Origin: Candidatus Saccharimonadales bacterium
GTDB lineage: Bacteria > Patescibacteriota > Saccharimonadia > Saccharimonadales > UBA4665
Assembly (NCBI GenBank): GCA_038207115.1
Contig: JBBRAC010000002.1
Location: 57,819 to 121,818, forward strand
Reading direction: 5' to 3'
DNA length: 64,000 bases
Shown: positions 1-8,234 of the stretch, in pieces
Position numbering within the stretch: position 1 is the first letter of the stretch
Layout of the letters: the number at the start of each line of letters is the position of its first letter
Made by a program: the position numbers and the translations under genes
The notes under the pieces: generated by a model
Seen by the model: the letters and a program-made list of their open reading frames with translations, nothing else
Databases searched by the model: none
What the model was told of the DNA's origin: nothing

Positions 1-1
1 T

Positions 2-712
2 CCAGCTGAATCTATACCTGAAATCCTACAAAGGCTTACCCTTGAATATCCGAATAAGGGAGCTATCGATACATTGCTTGCTACAAATATGATTTCTGTT
101 GGTGTGGACATAGACCGTCTTGGTCTTATGCTTATTTTAGGTCAACCCAAAACAACTTCCGAGTACATCCAGGCATCAAGCCGCGTTGGGCGTAAGTATC
201 CCGGTCTTGTCGTTACTCTCTATAGCCCAGTCAAAAGTCGTGACCGTTCTCACTTTGAACAATTTAAAAAGTACCATCAATCCCTTTATCGTTACGTCGA
301 ACCAACAAGTGTAACTCCTTTTTCGGCACCAGTAAGGGATAAGGCACTACATGCCGTTATCATTACGCTTATTCGACATTACCTAGGGGTAGAAACTAGT
401 AAACAACTCTCAGAATTTAATCCCAACTCGGAGAAACTTCAAGAAGTCATAAAAATAATACTTGCCCGTGTAGCTAAGATTGACTCTGCAGAAGTTGAAA
501 GAACGAGAGAAGAAATTAATAAGATTATAGACACCATCAGTGATGTTAGTAGCCTGGGTGAAACAGCTATGTACGGTCCTGCTAATAGTCGGGAGAAGAC
601 CGCTCTTATGCGTACACCTACAGATAATGATACTGCCGGTCGGTATCCAACTCCCCAGTCAATGCGAAGCACTGATGTTGAATGTGCAGTAAGATTGGAC
701 CACTCAGCATGA
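2..712 (+). CDS. SF2 helicase, C-terminal part only (5' end lies outside the window); DrmA-like by context
   Basis: Reading frame is open from the window edge to TGA at 710-712. Helicase motif V/VI region: LLATNMISVGVDIDRL ... QASSRVGRKYPG. The stop overlaps the next start (ATGA at 709-712). Confidence 0.6.
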   Translation, partial: PAESIPEILQRLTLEYPNKGAIDTLLATNMISVGVDIDRLGLMLILGQPKTTSEYIQASSRVGRKYPGLVVTLYSPVKSRDRSHFEQFKKYHQSLYRYVEPTSVTPFSAPVRDKALHAVIITLIRHYLGVETSKQLSEFNPNSEKLQEVIKIILARVAKIDSAEVERTREEINKIIDTISDVSSLGETAMYGPANSREKTALMRTPTDNDTAGRYPTPQSMRSTDVECAVRLDHSA

Positions 713-2550
713 GAAACTACGATAACAAGAATGCACCCAAGCCGCCTACACTTCGTCGTAGCCAAACTATAACAACGTTTGGAGTTGGAGCAATTGCAGA
801 CCTCCCAGAGGCATCAGTAATGATTTGCGGGATTGATAAGTGGGATACACGTGGAGGTATTCGTCTTAGTGACCCTCGTCTTGAAAAAAAATTAGGTGTA
901 AGTTATTTCATGATGCCGCCTGATGCAGATGGCCCTGGTGACGGAATTACAGCAGTTCGATTCCCAAGGTGGATGCGTTGCCGGAAATGTAAATCGCTTA
1001 AAGGACTTGAGGCCTGGAGAGAAGCTGCTATTCCGACAAGTCGCTTCAGGTACTTTGATGAAAAACCATATTGCTACTTATGCTCACTAGATTTAATCCC
1101 ATCACGATTTGTTGTTGCATGCCATAAAGGCCATATAGATGATTTTCCATTTGTAGAATGGTCGCATACTGGCAAAGAAATTTGTTCTAGTCCACTGTTA
1201 ACCTATTCTGAACGTGGTAATTCTGCTGCATTGTCTGGTATATGGATTGGCTGCAAGTCATGTGATTCTGGTAAAAGCATGGGCGGTTCATTTAGCAAGG
1301 AGATACTAGAAAACGTGGCTCATTGTAAGGGTTCAATGCCCTGGGAGATGGTATGGAGTGATGAGTGTGGTGCAAACCTGACTACCCTGCAAAGAGGTGG
1401 TACTAATGTGCATTTCCCGACTCTCAAAAGCTCAATTCTAATTCCTCCTCATTCAACAGATAACCTAAAAACAAGAATAACTAACACTCTATTCTGGGCA
1501 GCATTTGAGTCTCAAAACGATATTGCATTACTTGAACCACTTATTGGACCTATAGCAGAGCAAATTGGAGAGCCGATTGAAAAAGTTCGTGAAGTTATAG
1601 ACGATATATTGGGTGATTCTGCTGACTCCAAAACTGATGATAAAAGTGAAGAAGATTATCGCTACGAAGAATACCGTGCCTTTTTAGGTGAATACGATAG
1701 AGAACTAAATAATGAACGGGATTTTCTTACAGAACAGCAAGATATATCCAAGTACAATCTTCCATTTATTAAGTCTATCGTTCTAGTAAAAAAACTTCGA
1801 GAAATAAGAGTCCAGACGGGATTTTCACGTATACGTCCTCCTCAATCTTCTGACGAGGAACCTACAGAGGATGAGGAGAAAATAGAAACTATGCCTGTGA
1901 GTCAAAACCGTAAATTACGTTGGTTGCCAGGTTATGAAGTAAGAGGTGAAGGAATATTTCTAGAGTTAAATGCGTCTGAACTTAAAAAATGGGCAAAAAA
2001 ACCGGCTACAATATCCCACTATAAGAATCTGATTGCTAGAACCAAGAAAAACCCTGATTCATTTGGAGTAATGAGCGAATTGACCCCTGAGTTTGTGCTT
2101 CTCCACACGATTTCGCACGCATTGATAAGACAGCTAAGTTTTGAGTGTGGCTATTCAAGTTCGGCATTAAGAGAACGGCTCTATTGCACATCAAATAATC
2201 TTGGAAACGAAATGTATGGACTACTTATTTACACAGCTGAAGGCGACTCAGACGGTACTTTAGGTGGGCTTGTCAGACAAGGAGAGCCTGATTTATTCCC
2301 GAATACCCTTAAACACGCTGTAGCTGATGCTCGATGGTGCTCAAGTGACCCACTCTGCATAGAATCAGATGGCCAAGGTTATCAGGCATTGAATCTGGCT
2401 GCCTGTCATTCTTGTTGTATGCTTCCAGAAACGTCATGTGAGCTACTAAATAGGTACTTAGACAGAGCCGCAGTTGTGGGTACTCTCAGCAACCCAGAGG
2501 TGGGTATATTCTCTGAAGAACTTAACCGGCTAGAGGCACAGCTTGGGTAA
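709..2550 (+). CDS. DUF1998 (MrfA-type Zn-binding) domain protein; DrmB-like
   Basis: C-terminal cysteine cluster typical of DUF1998: WCSSDPLC...LAACHSCCMLPETSCELLNRYLDRAAV. There are also N-terminal CxxC pairs (CRKCKS, CYLCS). ATG 709 is preferred over the ORF-track start at 682 because of the ATGA coupling to the helicase gene. Confidence 0.65.
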   Translation: MRNYDNKNAPKPPTLRRSQTITTFGVGAIADLPEASVMICGIDKWDTRGGIRLSDPRLEKKLGVSYFMMPPDADGPGDGITAVRFPRWMRCRKCKSLKGLEAWREAAIPTSRFRYFDEKPYCYLCSLDLIPSRFVVACHKGHIDDFPFVEWSHTGKEICSSPLLTYSERGNSAALSGIWIGCKSCDSGKSMGGSFSKEILENVAHCKGSMPWEMVWSDECGANLTTLQRGGTNVHFPTLKSSILIPPHSTDNLKTRITNTLFWAAFESQNDIALLEPLIGPIAEQIGEPIEKVREVIDDILGDSADSKTDDKSEEDYRYEEYRAFLGEYDRELNNERDFLTEQQDISKYNLPFIKSIVLVKKLREIRVQTGFSRIRPPQSSDEEPTEDEEKIETMPVSQNRKLRWLPGYEVRGEGIFLELNASELKKWAKKPATISHYKNLIARTKKNPDSFGVMSELTPEFVLLHTISHALIRQLSFECGYSSSALRERLYCTSNNLGNEMYGLLIYTAEGDSDGTLGGLVRQGEPDLFPNTLKHAVADARWCSSDPLCIESDGQGYQALNLAACHSCCMLPETSCELLNRYLDRAAVVGTLSNPEVGIFSEELNRLEAQLG

Positions 2551-3541
2551 CAAGGTTGGGCAGACTTAACTTTTTTTCAACAGCCCGCTTGACAAATGCT
2601 TCTTCGGATAAGTGACCATAGACCTGACTAGCGAGGGTTTCTATCACAGGTACACAAACGGAATTACCAAATTGTCTGTAAGCAGGTGTTTTAGCTAAGG
2701 GTAGTTTAAATGAGTCTGGGAAGCCCATTAATCTTGCACATTCTCGTGGGGTTAACATCCTTGGATTTTTACCCTTTTGTATGACTAAATTTTCACGACC
2801 ATCTTTACCGTATCTGGAAGTAAGAGTGTTAGCGATACCATTTGGGTCGACCATATAGTGCCTAAAGCCGTGTCCCTTTTCTTGATTTCTTACAGTCCTA
2901 GCTTGGTGCGATGCCCATAGTCTGTCTGAAATTGTAAATCGTGGTTCAGGGTTTTTCTCGAAAATTTCTTTTATTGTACTAATCCTGGGTTCAATTTCTT
3001 TAAATTGGAACTTTTTATCAAGAGTTGCAATCATATAAATTCTTTTTCTTCTCTGCGGAACGAGTGTTGAGGCATTTATTACTTTGTATTCAAAATGATA
3101 GCCCAAACCTTCAAGAGACTTTTTGATGGTTGCAAGCGTCTGACCCTTTTCGTGCTTTTCTAGGTTTGCTACATTCTCCAAGAAAACTATCGACGGCTTA
3201 TGATATTCGACTATTCTAATAATTTCAAAGAATAAGTTACCTTGTTTAACATCTTTAAACCCGTGTGCACGTTTTAGCCCATAACGAGCCGAGATTCCTG
3301 CTAAGGAGAAGGGCTGGCAAGGAAAGCCCGCACAAAGCACATCAAATTTCGGAATTTCTTTTTCGTTGACATCACGAATGTCTCTAGCATCTATATCGCC
3401 GTCAAAATTTGCTGAGTACGTACTGGCAGCACTTTTGTCATACTCGTTTGTGTATACACATTTGAGACCAGCTCGTTCAAAGCCAAGTCTAATTCCACCA
3501 ATGCCTGCAAATAAATCAATGAAAGTGTAGTTTTTAGACAT
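2522..3541 (-). CDS. DNA (cytosine-5)-methyltransferase (DrmMII-like by context)
   Basis: Canonical C5-MTase motifs: FIDLFAGIGG (I), GFPCQPFSLAG (IV), ENV (VI), QRRKR (VIII), GNSV (X). Convergent with the DUF1998 gene and overlaps it by 29 nt. Confidence 0.9.
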   Translation of the reverse strand: MSKNYTFIDLFAGIGGIRLGFERAGLKCVYTNEYDKSAASTYSANFDGDIDARDIRDVNEKEIPKFDVLCAGFPCQPFSLAGISARYGLKRAHGFKDVKQGNLFFEIIRIVEYHKPSIVFLENVANLEKHEKGQTLATIKKSLEGLGYHFEYKVINASTLVPQRRKRIYMIATLDKKFQFKEIEPRISTIKEIFEKNPEPRFTISDRLWASHQARTVRNQEKGHGFRHYMVDPNGIANTLTSRYGKDGRENLVIQKGKNPRMLTPRECARLMGFPDSFKLPLAKTPAYRQFGNSVCVPVIETLASQVYGHLSEEAFVKRAVEKKLSLPNLVTQAVPLAG

Positions 3542-3607
3542 AATTATACTTCTTATAATAGCATCTTAATTCTCCTGGTTTTACTAGAATAATAGCTACT
3601 AAATAAG

Positions 3608-3616
3608 TGTTATCAT
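3608..3616 (+). promoter_or_regulatory. extended -10 promoter, leaderless configuration
   Basis: TGTTATCAT, then a 6-nt spacer (TAAGGT), then ATG 3623. No SD. Confidence 0.5.
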
Positions 3617-3622
3617 TAAGGT

Positions 3623-4084
3623 ATGGTAAGAAATCAGCCAATTGAAATCGTCCAGGGTGGCTTTAGCGAACCCATACTTCAACCCTGCTACTTAGCATCT
3701 ATTGGTACTATCTTTTTGTTGAACCCTTATTTGGGACTCTTTTGGAGCACTGTAGTTGTCGCAGTACCAGCATTTTATATTGCTCTTAAGGTAGCTAAGA
3801 GACAAGAACGGCGTGATTCTGTACTACGAGAAATAGCATGGAATAAAATGCACCTATTTATTAACATCAGTGACATGAATAACTTTCTGAGAATAAATAA
3901 AAGAATCATCACATCAGCGATGGTCAAACAAAGCCTTAACGTAACCTATGCTCAAGCCACACAACTTACTAACGAACTAGTCTCAGCAGGAGTCGCACAA
4001 AGAAAAATAATCGCACTAGGCTCAATCAATAAAAAAGAAGCAATTACGCAACTGCCAAAACAGGCAAAGCTACAAACTAGCTAA
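3623..4084 (+). CDS. hypothetical protein with N-terminal hydrophobic segments
   Basis: 153-aa ORF with a leaderless-type promoter directly upstream. Hydrophobic stretch: IGTIFLLNPYLGLFWSTVVVAVPAFYIALKV. No recognisable family. Confidence 0.4.
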   Translation: MVRNQPIEIVQGGFSEPILQPCYLASIGTIFLLNPYLGLFWSTVVVAVPAFYIALKVAKRQERRDSVLREIAWNKMHLFINISDMNNFLRINKRIITSAMVKQSLNVTYAQATQLTNELVSAGVAQRKIIALGSINKKEAITQLPKQAKLQTS

Positions 4085-4115
4085 ATGTAATCTCTTTTCG
4101 CTATACTTAATTCTG

Positions 4116-4190
4116 GTTGCAACTTGGACAACGATGTCCCTCCAAACATAAGCGTTATGAAAGGCTTCTCAACTGAGAAGCCTTTTTGTT
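4116..4190 (+). repeat. intermodule element copy A (box + terminator hairpin)
   Basis: Box 4116-4153: GTTGCAACTTGGACAACGATGTCCCTCCAAACATAAGC. Hairpin AAGGCTTCTC/GAGAAGCCTT at 4161-4184, followed by a T-run. Confidence 0.7.
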
Positions 4191-4199
4191 TGATATGAT
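4191..4199 (+). promoter_or_regulatory. extended -10 promoter, leaderless configuration
   Basis: TGATATGAT, then a 7-nt spacer, then ATG 4207. Confidence 0.5.
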
Positions 4200-4206
4200 G
4201 TCTACT

Positions 4207-4656
4207 ATGAGAATAATAAATAGAAAAATTGCGGGGGCCTTCATTTTTTCTAGCGACGGAAAAGTCTTACTCGGTCATAATAAAAAAGGTGGAACGTACC
4301 AAGGTATGCTAGTTATCCCTGCTGGTGGTATCAAAGAACATGAAACGCCTTTCGAAGCAGTAAAGCGTGAAGTGTCTGAAGAGACCGGCCTCGATATATC
4401 GCACGCTTCAGTTAAACAATTTAAAACCATAGCTACTGGTGAGAGCGAAAAGACGCTCAAAGATACTAACGAAGTAGTCCATATGAAGATGGAATTTTAT
4501 GACTTCGAGGTGCGGATGCAAGAAGAGTCAAAGTCTCTCACACTAACATTTGAAGATGATTTTGGTGATGCTAAATGGTACACGCCCGCGGAGTTACGAA
4601 ACTTGCCAATCGGCCCTAACTCGCAAGCTGTGCTACAAAAGCTCCATTTTCTCTAA
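4207..4656 (+). CDS. NUDIX hydrolase
   Basis: Nudix box GGIKEHETPFEAVKREVSEETGL. Start 4207 was chosen from the promoter geometry; the ORF track starts at 4186 and ATG 4195 is also possible. Confidence 0.85.
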   Translation: MRIINRKIAGAFIFSSDGKVLLGHNKKGGTYQGMLVIPAGGIKEHETPFEAVKREVSEETGLDISHASVKQFKTIATGESEKTLKDTNEVVHMKMEFYDFEVRMQEESKSLTLTFEDDFGDAKWYTPAELRNLPIGPNSQAVLQKLHFL

Positions 4657-4660
4657 TTTC

Positions 4661-4736
4661 AGTTGCGATAGCGTGTACGATGGCCCTCCAAAGCATAAGC
4701 GTTATGAAAGACCTCTCCATCGAGAAGTCTTTTTTG
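4661..4736 (+). repeat. intermodule element copy B (box + terminator hairpin)
   Basis: Box 4661-4700: AGTTGCGATAGCGTGTACGATGGCCCTCCAAAGCATAAGC. Hairpin at 4709-4730, followed by a T-run. It begins 4 nt after the NUDIX stop. Confidence 0.8.
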
Positions 4737-4743
4737 CTATGAT
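4735..4743 (+). promoter_or_regulatory. extended -10 promoter, leaderless configuration
   Basis: TGCTATGAT, then a 7-nt spacer (ATAGCCT), then ATG 4751. Confidence 0.5.
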
Positions 4744-4750
4744 ATAGCCT

Positions 4751-5266
4751 ATGAACGATCCTAAACTAATCATATTAAGAGGACCATCTGGATCTGGAAA
4801 GACTATCATTTCCAAAATCTTGTTTGAGAAATCTCTAAACAAGATAGCACTTATTGAGCAGGATCATTATCGCTTTATTTTCAAGCCAGCGGGTGGTGGT
4901 GGCAAGACAAACTCGCCCACAATTCATAAAATGATTAAGAGCGATACACTCATAGCACTTAATGATGGTTACGATGTGGTACTAGAGGGAATACTAGGTG
5001 TTAATTCTTATGACACAGTATTGAAAGAAATTATGGATACACATCCGAATAATAATTTTTTATATTATTTCGATATAAGCTTTGAAGAGACAATACGTCG
5101 GCATTCAACTCGTATTGTTATGTTAGGTAGTGGATTTGACGAAGAAGACATGCGCCAATGGTACTCAGCTTCGCAAAAATCAATACACTTTACGGAAGAG
5201 ATTATACCCGAGCCATCGACGGTCAGAGACACTGTCATTCAGATTTTGTCTGATACTGGATTATAG
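4751..5266 (+). CDS. P-loop kinase-like protein (AAA_33/zeta-like)
   Basis: Walker A motif ILRGPSGSGKTIISK near the N-terminus. 171 aa. Substrate unknown. Confidence 0.6.
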   Translation: MNDPKLIILRGPSGSGKTIISKILFEKSLNKIALIEQDHYRFIFKPAGGGGKTNSPTIHKMIKSDTLIALNDGYDVVLEGILGVNSYDTVLKEIMDTHPNNNFLYYFDISFEETIRRHSTRIVMLGSGFDEEDMRQWYSASQKSIHFTEEIIPEPSTVRDTVIQILSDTGL

Positions 5267-5336
5267 TTCCAATAGCGTCTACTGTGGCCCCCAAGCATAA
5301 ACACTATGAGGACTTCTCAATTGAGGAGTCTTTTTT
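5265..5336 (+). repeat. intermodule element copy C (box + terminator hairpin)
   Basis: Box 5265-5302: AGTTCCAATAGCGTCTACTGTGGCCCCCAAGCATAAAC, overlapping the kinase stop codon. Hairpin GACTTCTCAA/TTGAGGAGTC at 5311-5330, followed by T6. Confidence 0.8.
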
Positions 5337-5422
5337 GTTTTGATGGCACAATGCTCATATGGTAGAAGTATTTATTTATTAACTGAAATTTTATCAGGAA
5401 GCGCAATCATCGGCGAGGCTAT

Positions 5423-6622
5423 CTACTTCTCCATAGCGCTACGACGATCAAGCCATATACGGTAGTCGGAAGTTACCATGTCAACGACATGAGAGCCAAA
5501 GCCTAATAAATTGTTACGAGGGTACAAATGGTTTTGTGGGCCGCAAAGGCCTGGCTCGTGCATCGTATACGTCGCCAAAGCGCCAAGCTCTGCAAGCTGC
5601 TCAGCTGAAACACGTAATTTTTTGGCTAGTTCTTCATTGCGAAAGATTGACGTAAATGGTTGATCCAAATCTATTTCGGAGTGAATCATTAGCGTTCCGG
5701 CCATTCCCATGCCAAGAATAGGAAGTGAAAAAGCCAAGGATGAGTCACCAAACGGTCGTTCAACGGCGGTATTAGCAATAGCAACTTTTACGAGGTTGCT
5801 TACGCCAAAGAACTGCCGGATGGCTATCTGCCTATCAATTGATCGGTCACTAAGTGCGTTAGAAACTGTCCACTCCGCCGGGCTGAAGCGGGGATAAAGC
5901 ACCTTTGGTCTTGGGGCGGCATAAATGTCAGGAAGCAATTCACCCGGTACACCCAGGTTAATAAGTTGTTCATGATGACGTCGGCCTATTACAGCGGGCC
6001 ATTCAGCTGTAGTCGCCGCCGAATCATCTCCGACGCCCCGGGCGCGATCAAGAAGTTTGAAAGCTCTACTTCGAGCTTTTTCGTCATTATTAGAAACTGC
6101 TTTGATCCAGTTTGAGGCGTATTTATTCGCCAATTCCGAATTCTGTAATTCTGGTACGGTAGCATTGGCGAGATACCATAATTTATGATAAGCCCAAGTT
6201 TCATCACCGTCCTTGTCTAGGTCAGACTCGTCAGTGACATCTGGCATAATTTCGGCATCATTACGCGTTAAAAGGCCCTTGCCAACTAGTCCGGCAGAGT
6301 ATTCCTTGGCCGTTGGTAGCTGGCGTTGCATGCGAAGAACTTCTTTTATAAAGCCACCTGGCGAATCAATTTCCTGCCCGCGATAACTATCTCTAAAACG
6401 ATTCCAAAGCGAGCCGTATGACAACGGATTCTGATCAATGCCGTGCGTGTCATATAGGTCCCATTCACCATTGGATTGAGCGGCATGACGTAGTTCATCG
6501 TCACTTCTACCTGGTAATTCAGGAGTCATGACCGGGAAATTTGTAGGGCTGTTCAACAAGTCGACTTCGGCAAGGCCAAATTCAACGTTTGTTGGTAATG
6601 AAATACGTTCTAAACCAGACAT
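5423..6622 (-). CDS. hypothetical protein (399 aa)
   Basis: Long uninterrupted ORF on the strand opposite to the boxes. No motif I can assign. Confidence 0.5.
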   Translation of the reverse strand: MSGLERISLPTNVEFGLAEVDLLNSPTNFPVMTPELPGRSDDELRHAAQSNGEWDLYDTHGIDQNPLSYGSLWNRFRDSYRGQEIDSPGGFIKEVLRMQRQLPTAKEYSAGLVGKGLLTRNDAEIMPDVTDESDLDKDGDETWAYHKLWYLANATVPELQNSELANKYASNWIKAVSNNDEKARSRAFKLLDRARGVGDDSAATTAEWPAVIGRRHHEQLINLGVPGELLPDIYAAPRPKVLYPRFSPAEWTVSNALSDRSIDRQIAIRQFFGVSNLVKVAIANTAVERPFGDSSLAFSLPILGMGMAGTLMIHSEIDLDQPFTSIFRNEELAKKLRVSAEQLAELGALATYTMHEPGLCGPQNHLYPRNNLLGFGSHVVDMVTSDYRIWLDRRSAMEK

Positions 6623-6705
6623 AATTTGTATATTTTAATACTATGTTATGAATATGTCAATAGTAGCGACACCTGCTCCTTTGCGAAATCACTTAGCCTA
6701 ATTTT

Positions 6706-6743
6706 AGTTCCCATAGCGCCTACAGGGGTCCTCCAAAGATACC
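6706..6743 (+). repeat. intermodule element copy D (box, GATACC subtype)
   Basis: AGTTCCCATAGCGCCTACAGGGGTCCTCCAAAGATACC. Downstream there is a long-range inverted repeat (ACAGATAC at ~6747-6754 with GTATCTGT at ~6799-6806) and a second partial box (TAGTTCCAATAT at ~6759-6770). Confidence 0.7.
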
Positions 6744-6833
6744 TAAACAGATACCAGCTAGTTCCAATATCACAACCCTGTTTTATTGTAACTAATTTGT
6801 ATCTGTTATTTAGTTCTAACCCCATTTGGTGTT

Positions 6834-6842
6834 TGTTACAAT
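6834..6842 (+). promoter_or_regulatory. extended -10 promoter, leaderless configuration
   Basis: TGTTACAAT, then a 6-nt spacer (TACATT), then ATG 6849. Confidence 0.5.
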
Positions 6843-6848
6843 TACATT

Positions 6849-7334
6849 ATGGAACAGTTTGATTTAGTAGACGAGAATGACATTGTTATTGGTACGACCG
6901 ACAAACCTACTGCCCATTCAACCATACAGCTTCACAGAGTTGCAGCTGTACACGTATTTAATGATCAAGGTGAGCTGTATGTTCAAGTACATAAATCCAG
7001 GGGTGGACTTTTTGACCATTCTGTAGGTGGTCACGTTTCAAAAGGCGAAGATTATGCCACAGCCGCAAGCCGTGAAGCAGATGAAGAACTCGGCATTAAG
7101 CAACTACTAACTAAACCTGCAACTTTTTATTCCGATGAGGGCGTTTATTCACATATGTTCGGGCTTTTCGAATGTGTCGCCGACCCAAGTTGGCAATTTG
7201 TACCTAACGATGAAGTTGAAGAAATTATACCTATGAGAATTGATGAAATCACAGAACTAATGGAAACTGAACCAGAAAAGTTTACCGGTGGGTTCATAAA
7301 TACAATGAGAGAATACCGCAAAATTAAAAACTAG
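6849..7334 (+). CDS. NUDIX hydrolase
   Basis: Nudix box GGHVSKGEDYATAASREADEELGI. Confidence 0.85.
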   Translation: MEQFDLVDENDIVIGTTDKPTAHSTIQLHRVAAVHVFNDQGELYVQVHKSRGGLFDHSVGGHVSKGEDYATAASREADEELGIKQLLTKPATFYSDEGVYSHMFGLFECVADPSWQFVPNDEVEEIIPMRIDEITELMETEPEKFTGGFINTMREYRKIKN

Positions 7335-7365
7335 TAGTAATATGGCCGCCACTTGATTGAATGAA

Positions 7366-7433
7366 AGTTGCGATAGACAAGACTATGGAACTCCAATACG
7401 CTTGTGCCTAAAACTCCTCTAATCTGAGGAGTT
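7366..7433 (+). repeat. intermodule element copy E (box, GACAAGAC subtype, + hairpin)
   Basis: Box 7366-7401: AGTTGCGATAGACAAGACTATGGAACTCCAATACGC. Hairpin AACTCCTC/GAGGAGTT at 7412-7433. Confidence 0.7.
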
Positions 7434-7438
7434 CATAC

Positions 7439-7490
7439 TTGACAGAATAATTAACTTAGAGTACAGTTTTATGTACAAGTATTTGTACAT
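7439..7490 (+). promoter_or_regulatory. yefM-yoeB promoter and palindromic operator
   Basis: TTGACA at 7439-7444, a 17-nt spacer, then TACAGT at 7462-7467. Palindrome ATGTACAA-GTAT-TTGTACAT at 7471-7490, carrying two TGTACA cores immediately before ATG 7491. Confidence 0.6.
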
Positions 7491-7745
7491 ATGAAAATAG
7501 CATCAATCTCAAAATTTCGTAAAGACATAAAGCGCTATGTGGATGAAGTAGACCAAGACCAGGAGCCTTTAATAGTCACAAGGGCTGATAACGTTTCGGT
7601 TGTGGTAATACCCCTTAGCACGTTTAACTCCTACTCAGAGACTGAGTATCTCCTGCGTAGTCCCGCCAATGCTCGCCGTCTCTTAAAATCTCTTGAACAT
7701 GCTCGTTCTGGAAACGTTCAAGCCCACGAACTAATAGAGGATTAA
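7491..7745 (+). CDS. yefM: type II antitoxin, Phd/YefM family
   Basis: 84 aa. N-terminus MKIASISKFRKDIKRYVDEV...PLIVTR, typical of YefM. Sits 4 nt upstream of the YoeB-like gene. Confidence 0.85.
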   Translation: MKIASISKFRKDIKRYVDEVDQDQEPLIVTRADNVSVVVIPLSTFNSYSETEYLLRSPANARRLLKSLEHARSGNVQAHELIED

Positions 7746-7749
7746 TTCA

Positions 7750-8010
7750 ATGAGCAGAAGGCTCACTTTCACACCTGAAGCTTGGGAAGAGTATCTTTAC
7801 TGGCAAAGTCATGATAAACAATTACTTAAAAAGCTCAACCAACTACTTAAAGAATACCAACGTGATCCGCTTGCAGGCATAGGCAAGCCAGAAACTCTTA
7901 AGGGAGACCTGTCTGGTTCTTGGTCAAGGAGAATTAATGACGAGCATCGTCTAGTCTACATAACAAACGATGACGAAATTAGAGTTACGTCATGTCGTTA
8001 TCATTATTAG
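7750..8010 (+). CDS. yoeB: type II toxin, Txe/YoeB family
   Basis: 86 aa. Sequence: FTPEAWEEYLYWQSHDKQLLKKLNQLLKE...GIGKPETLKGDLSGSWSRRINDEHRLVY...SCRYHY. Confidence 0.85.
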   Translation: MSRRLTFTPEAWEEYLYWQSHDKQLLKKLNQLLKEYQRDPLAGIGKPETLKGDLSGSWSRRINDEHRLVYITNDDEIRVTSCRYHY

Positions 8011-8143
8011 ATTAGTGTCTAATTAGTACAGGTGTCCATAATTTAATTTTGGGAGACACTTTACCACAAGCTAGGAACACAGATATTCGTGGTGAGGGAT
8101 GTGCTCCGCTCGTTAAACATGAACTGTACCTACTCTAATAAAA

Positions 8144-8216
8144 ATTGCGATAGCGTCTACGGTGGCCCTCCAAAACATAAGCAGTATAAAAGACTTCCCA
8201 ATTGGGAAGTCTTTTT
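8144..8216 (+). repeat. intermodule element copy F (box + terminator hairpin)
   Basis: Box 8144-8182: ATTGCGATAGCGTCTACGGTGGCCCTCCAAAACATAAGC. Perfect hairpin AGACTTCCCA/TGGGAAGTCT at 8191-8212, followed by a T-run. Confidence 0.8.
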
Positions 8217-8219
8217 GTT

Positions 8220-8228
8220 TGGTATGAT
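8220..8228 (+). promoter_or_regulatory. extended -10 promoter, leaderless configuration
   Basis: TGGTATGAT, then a 6-nt spacer (AATTGC), then ATG 8235. Confidence 0.5.
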
Positions 8229-8234
8229 AATTGC

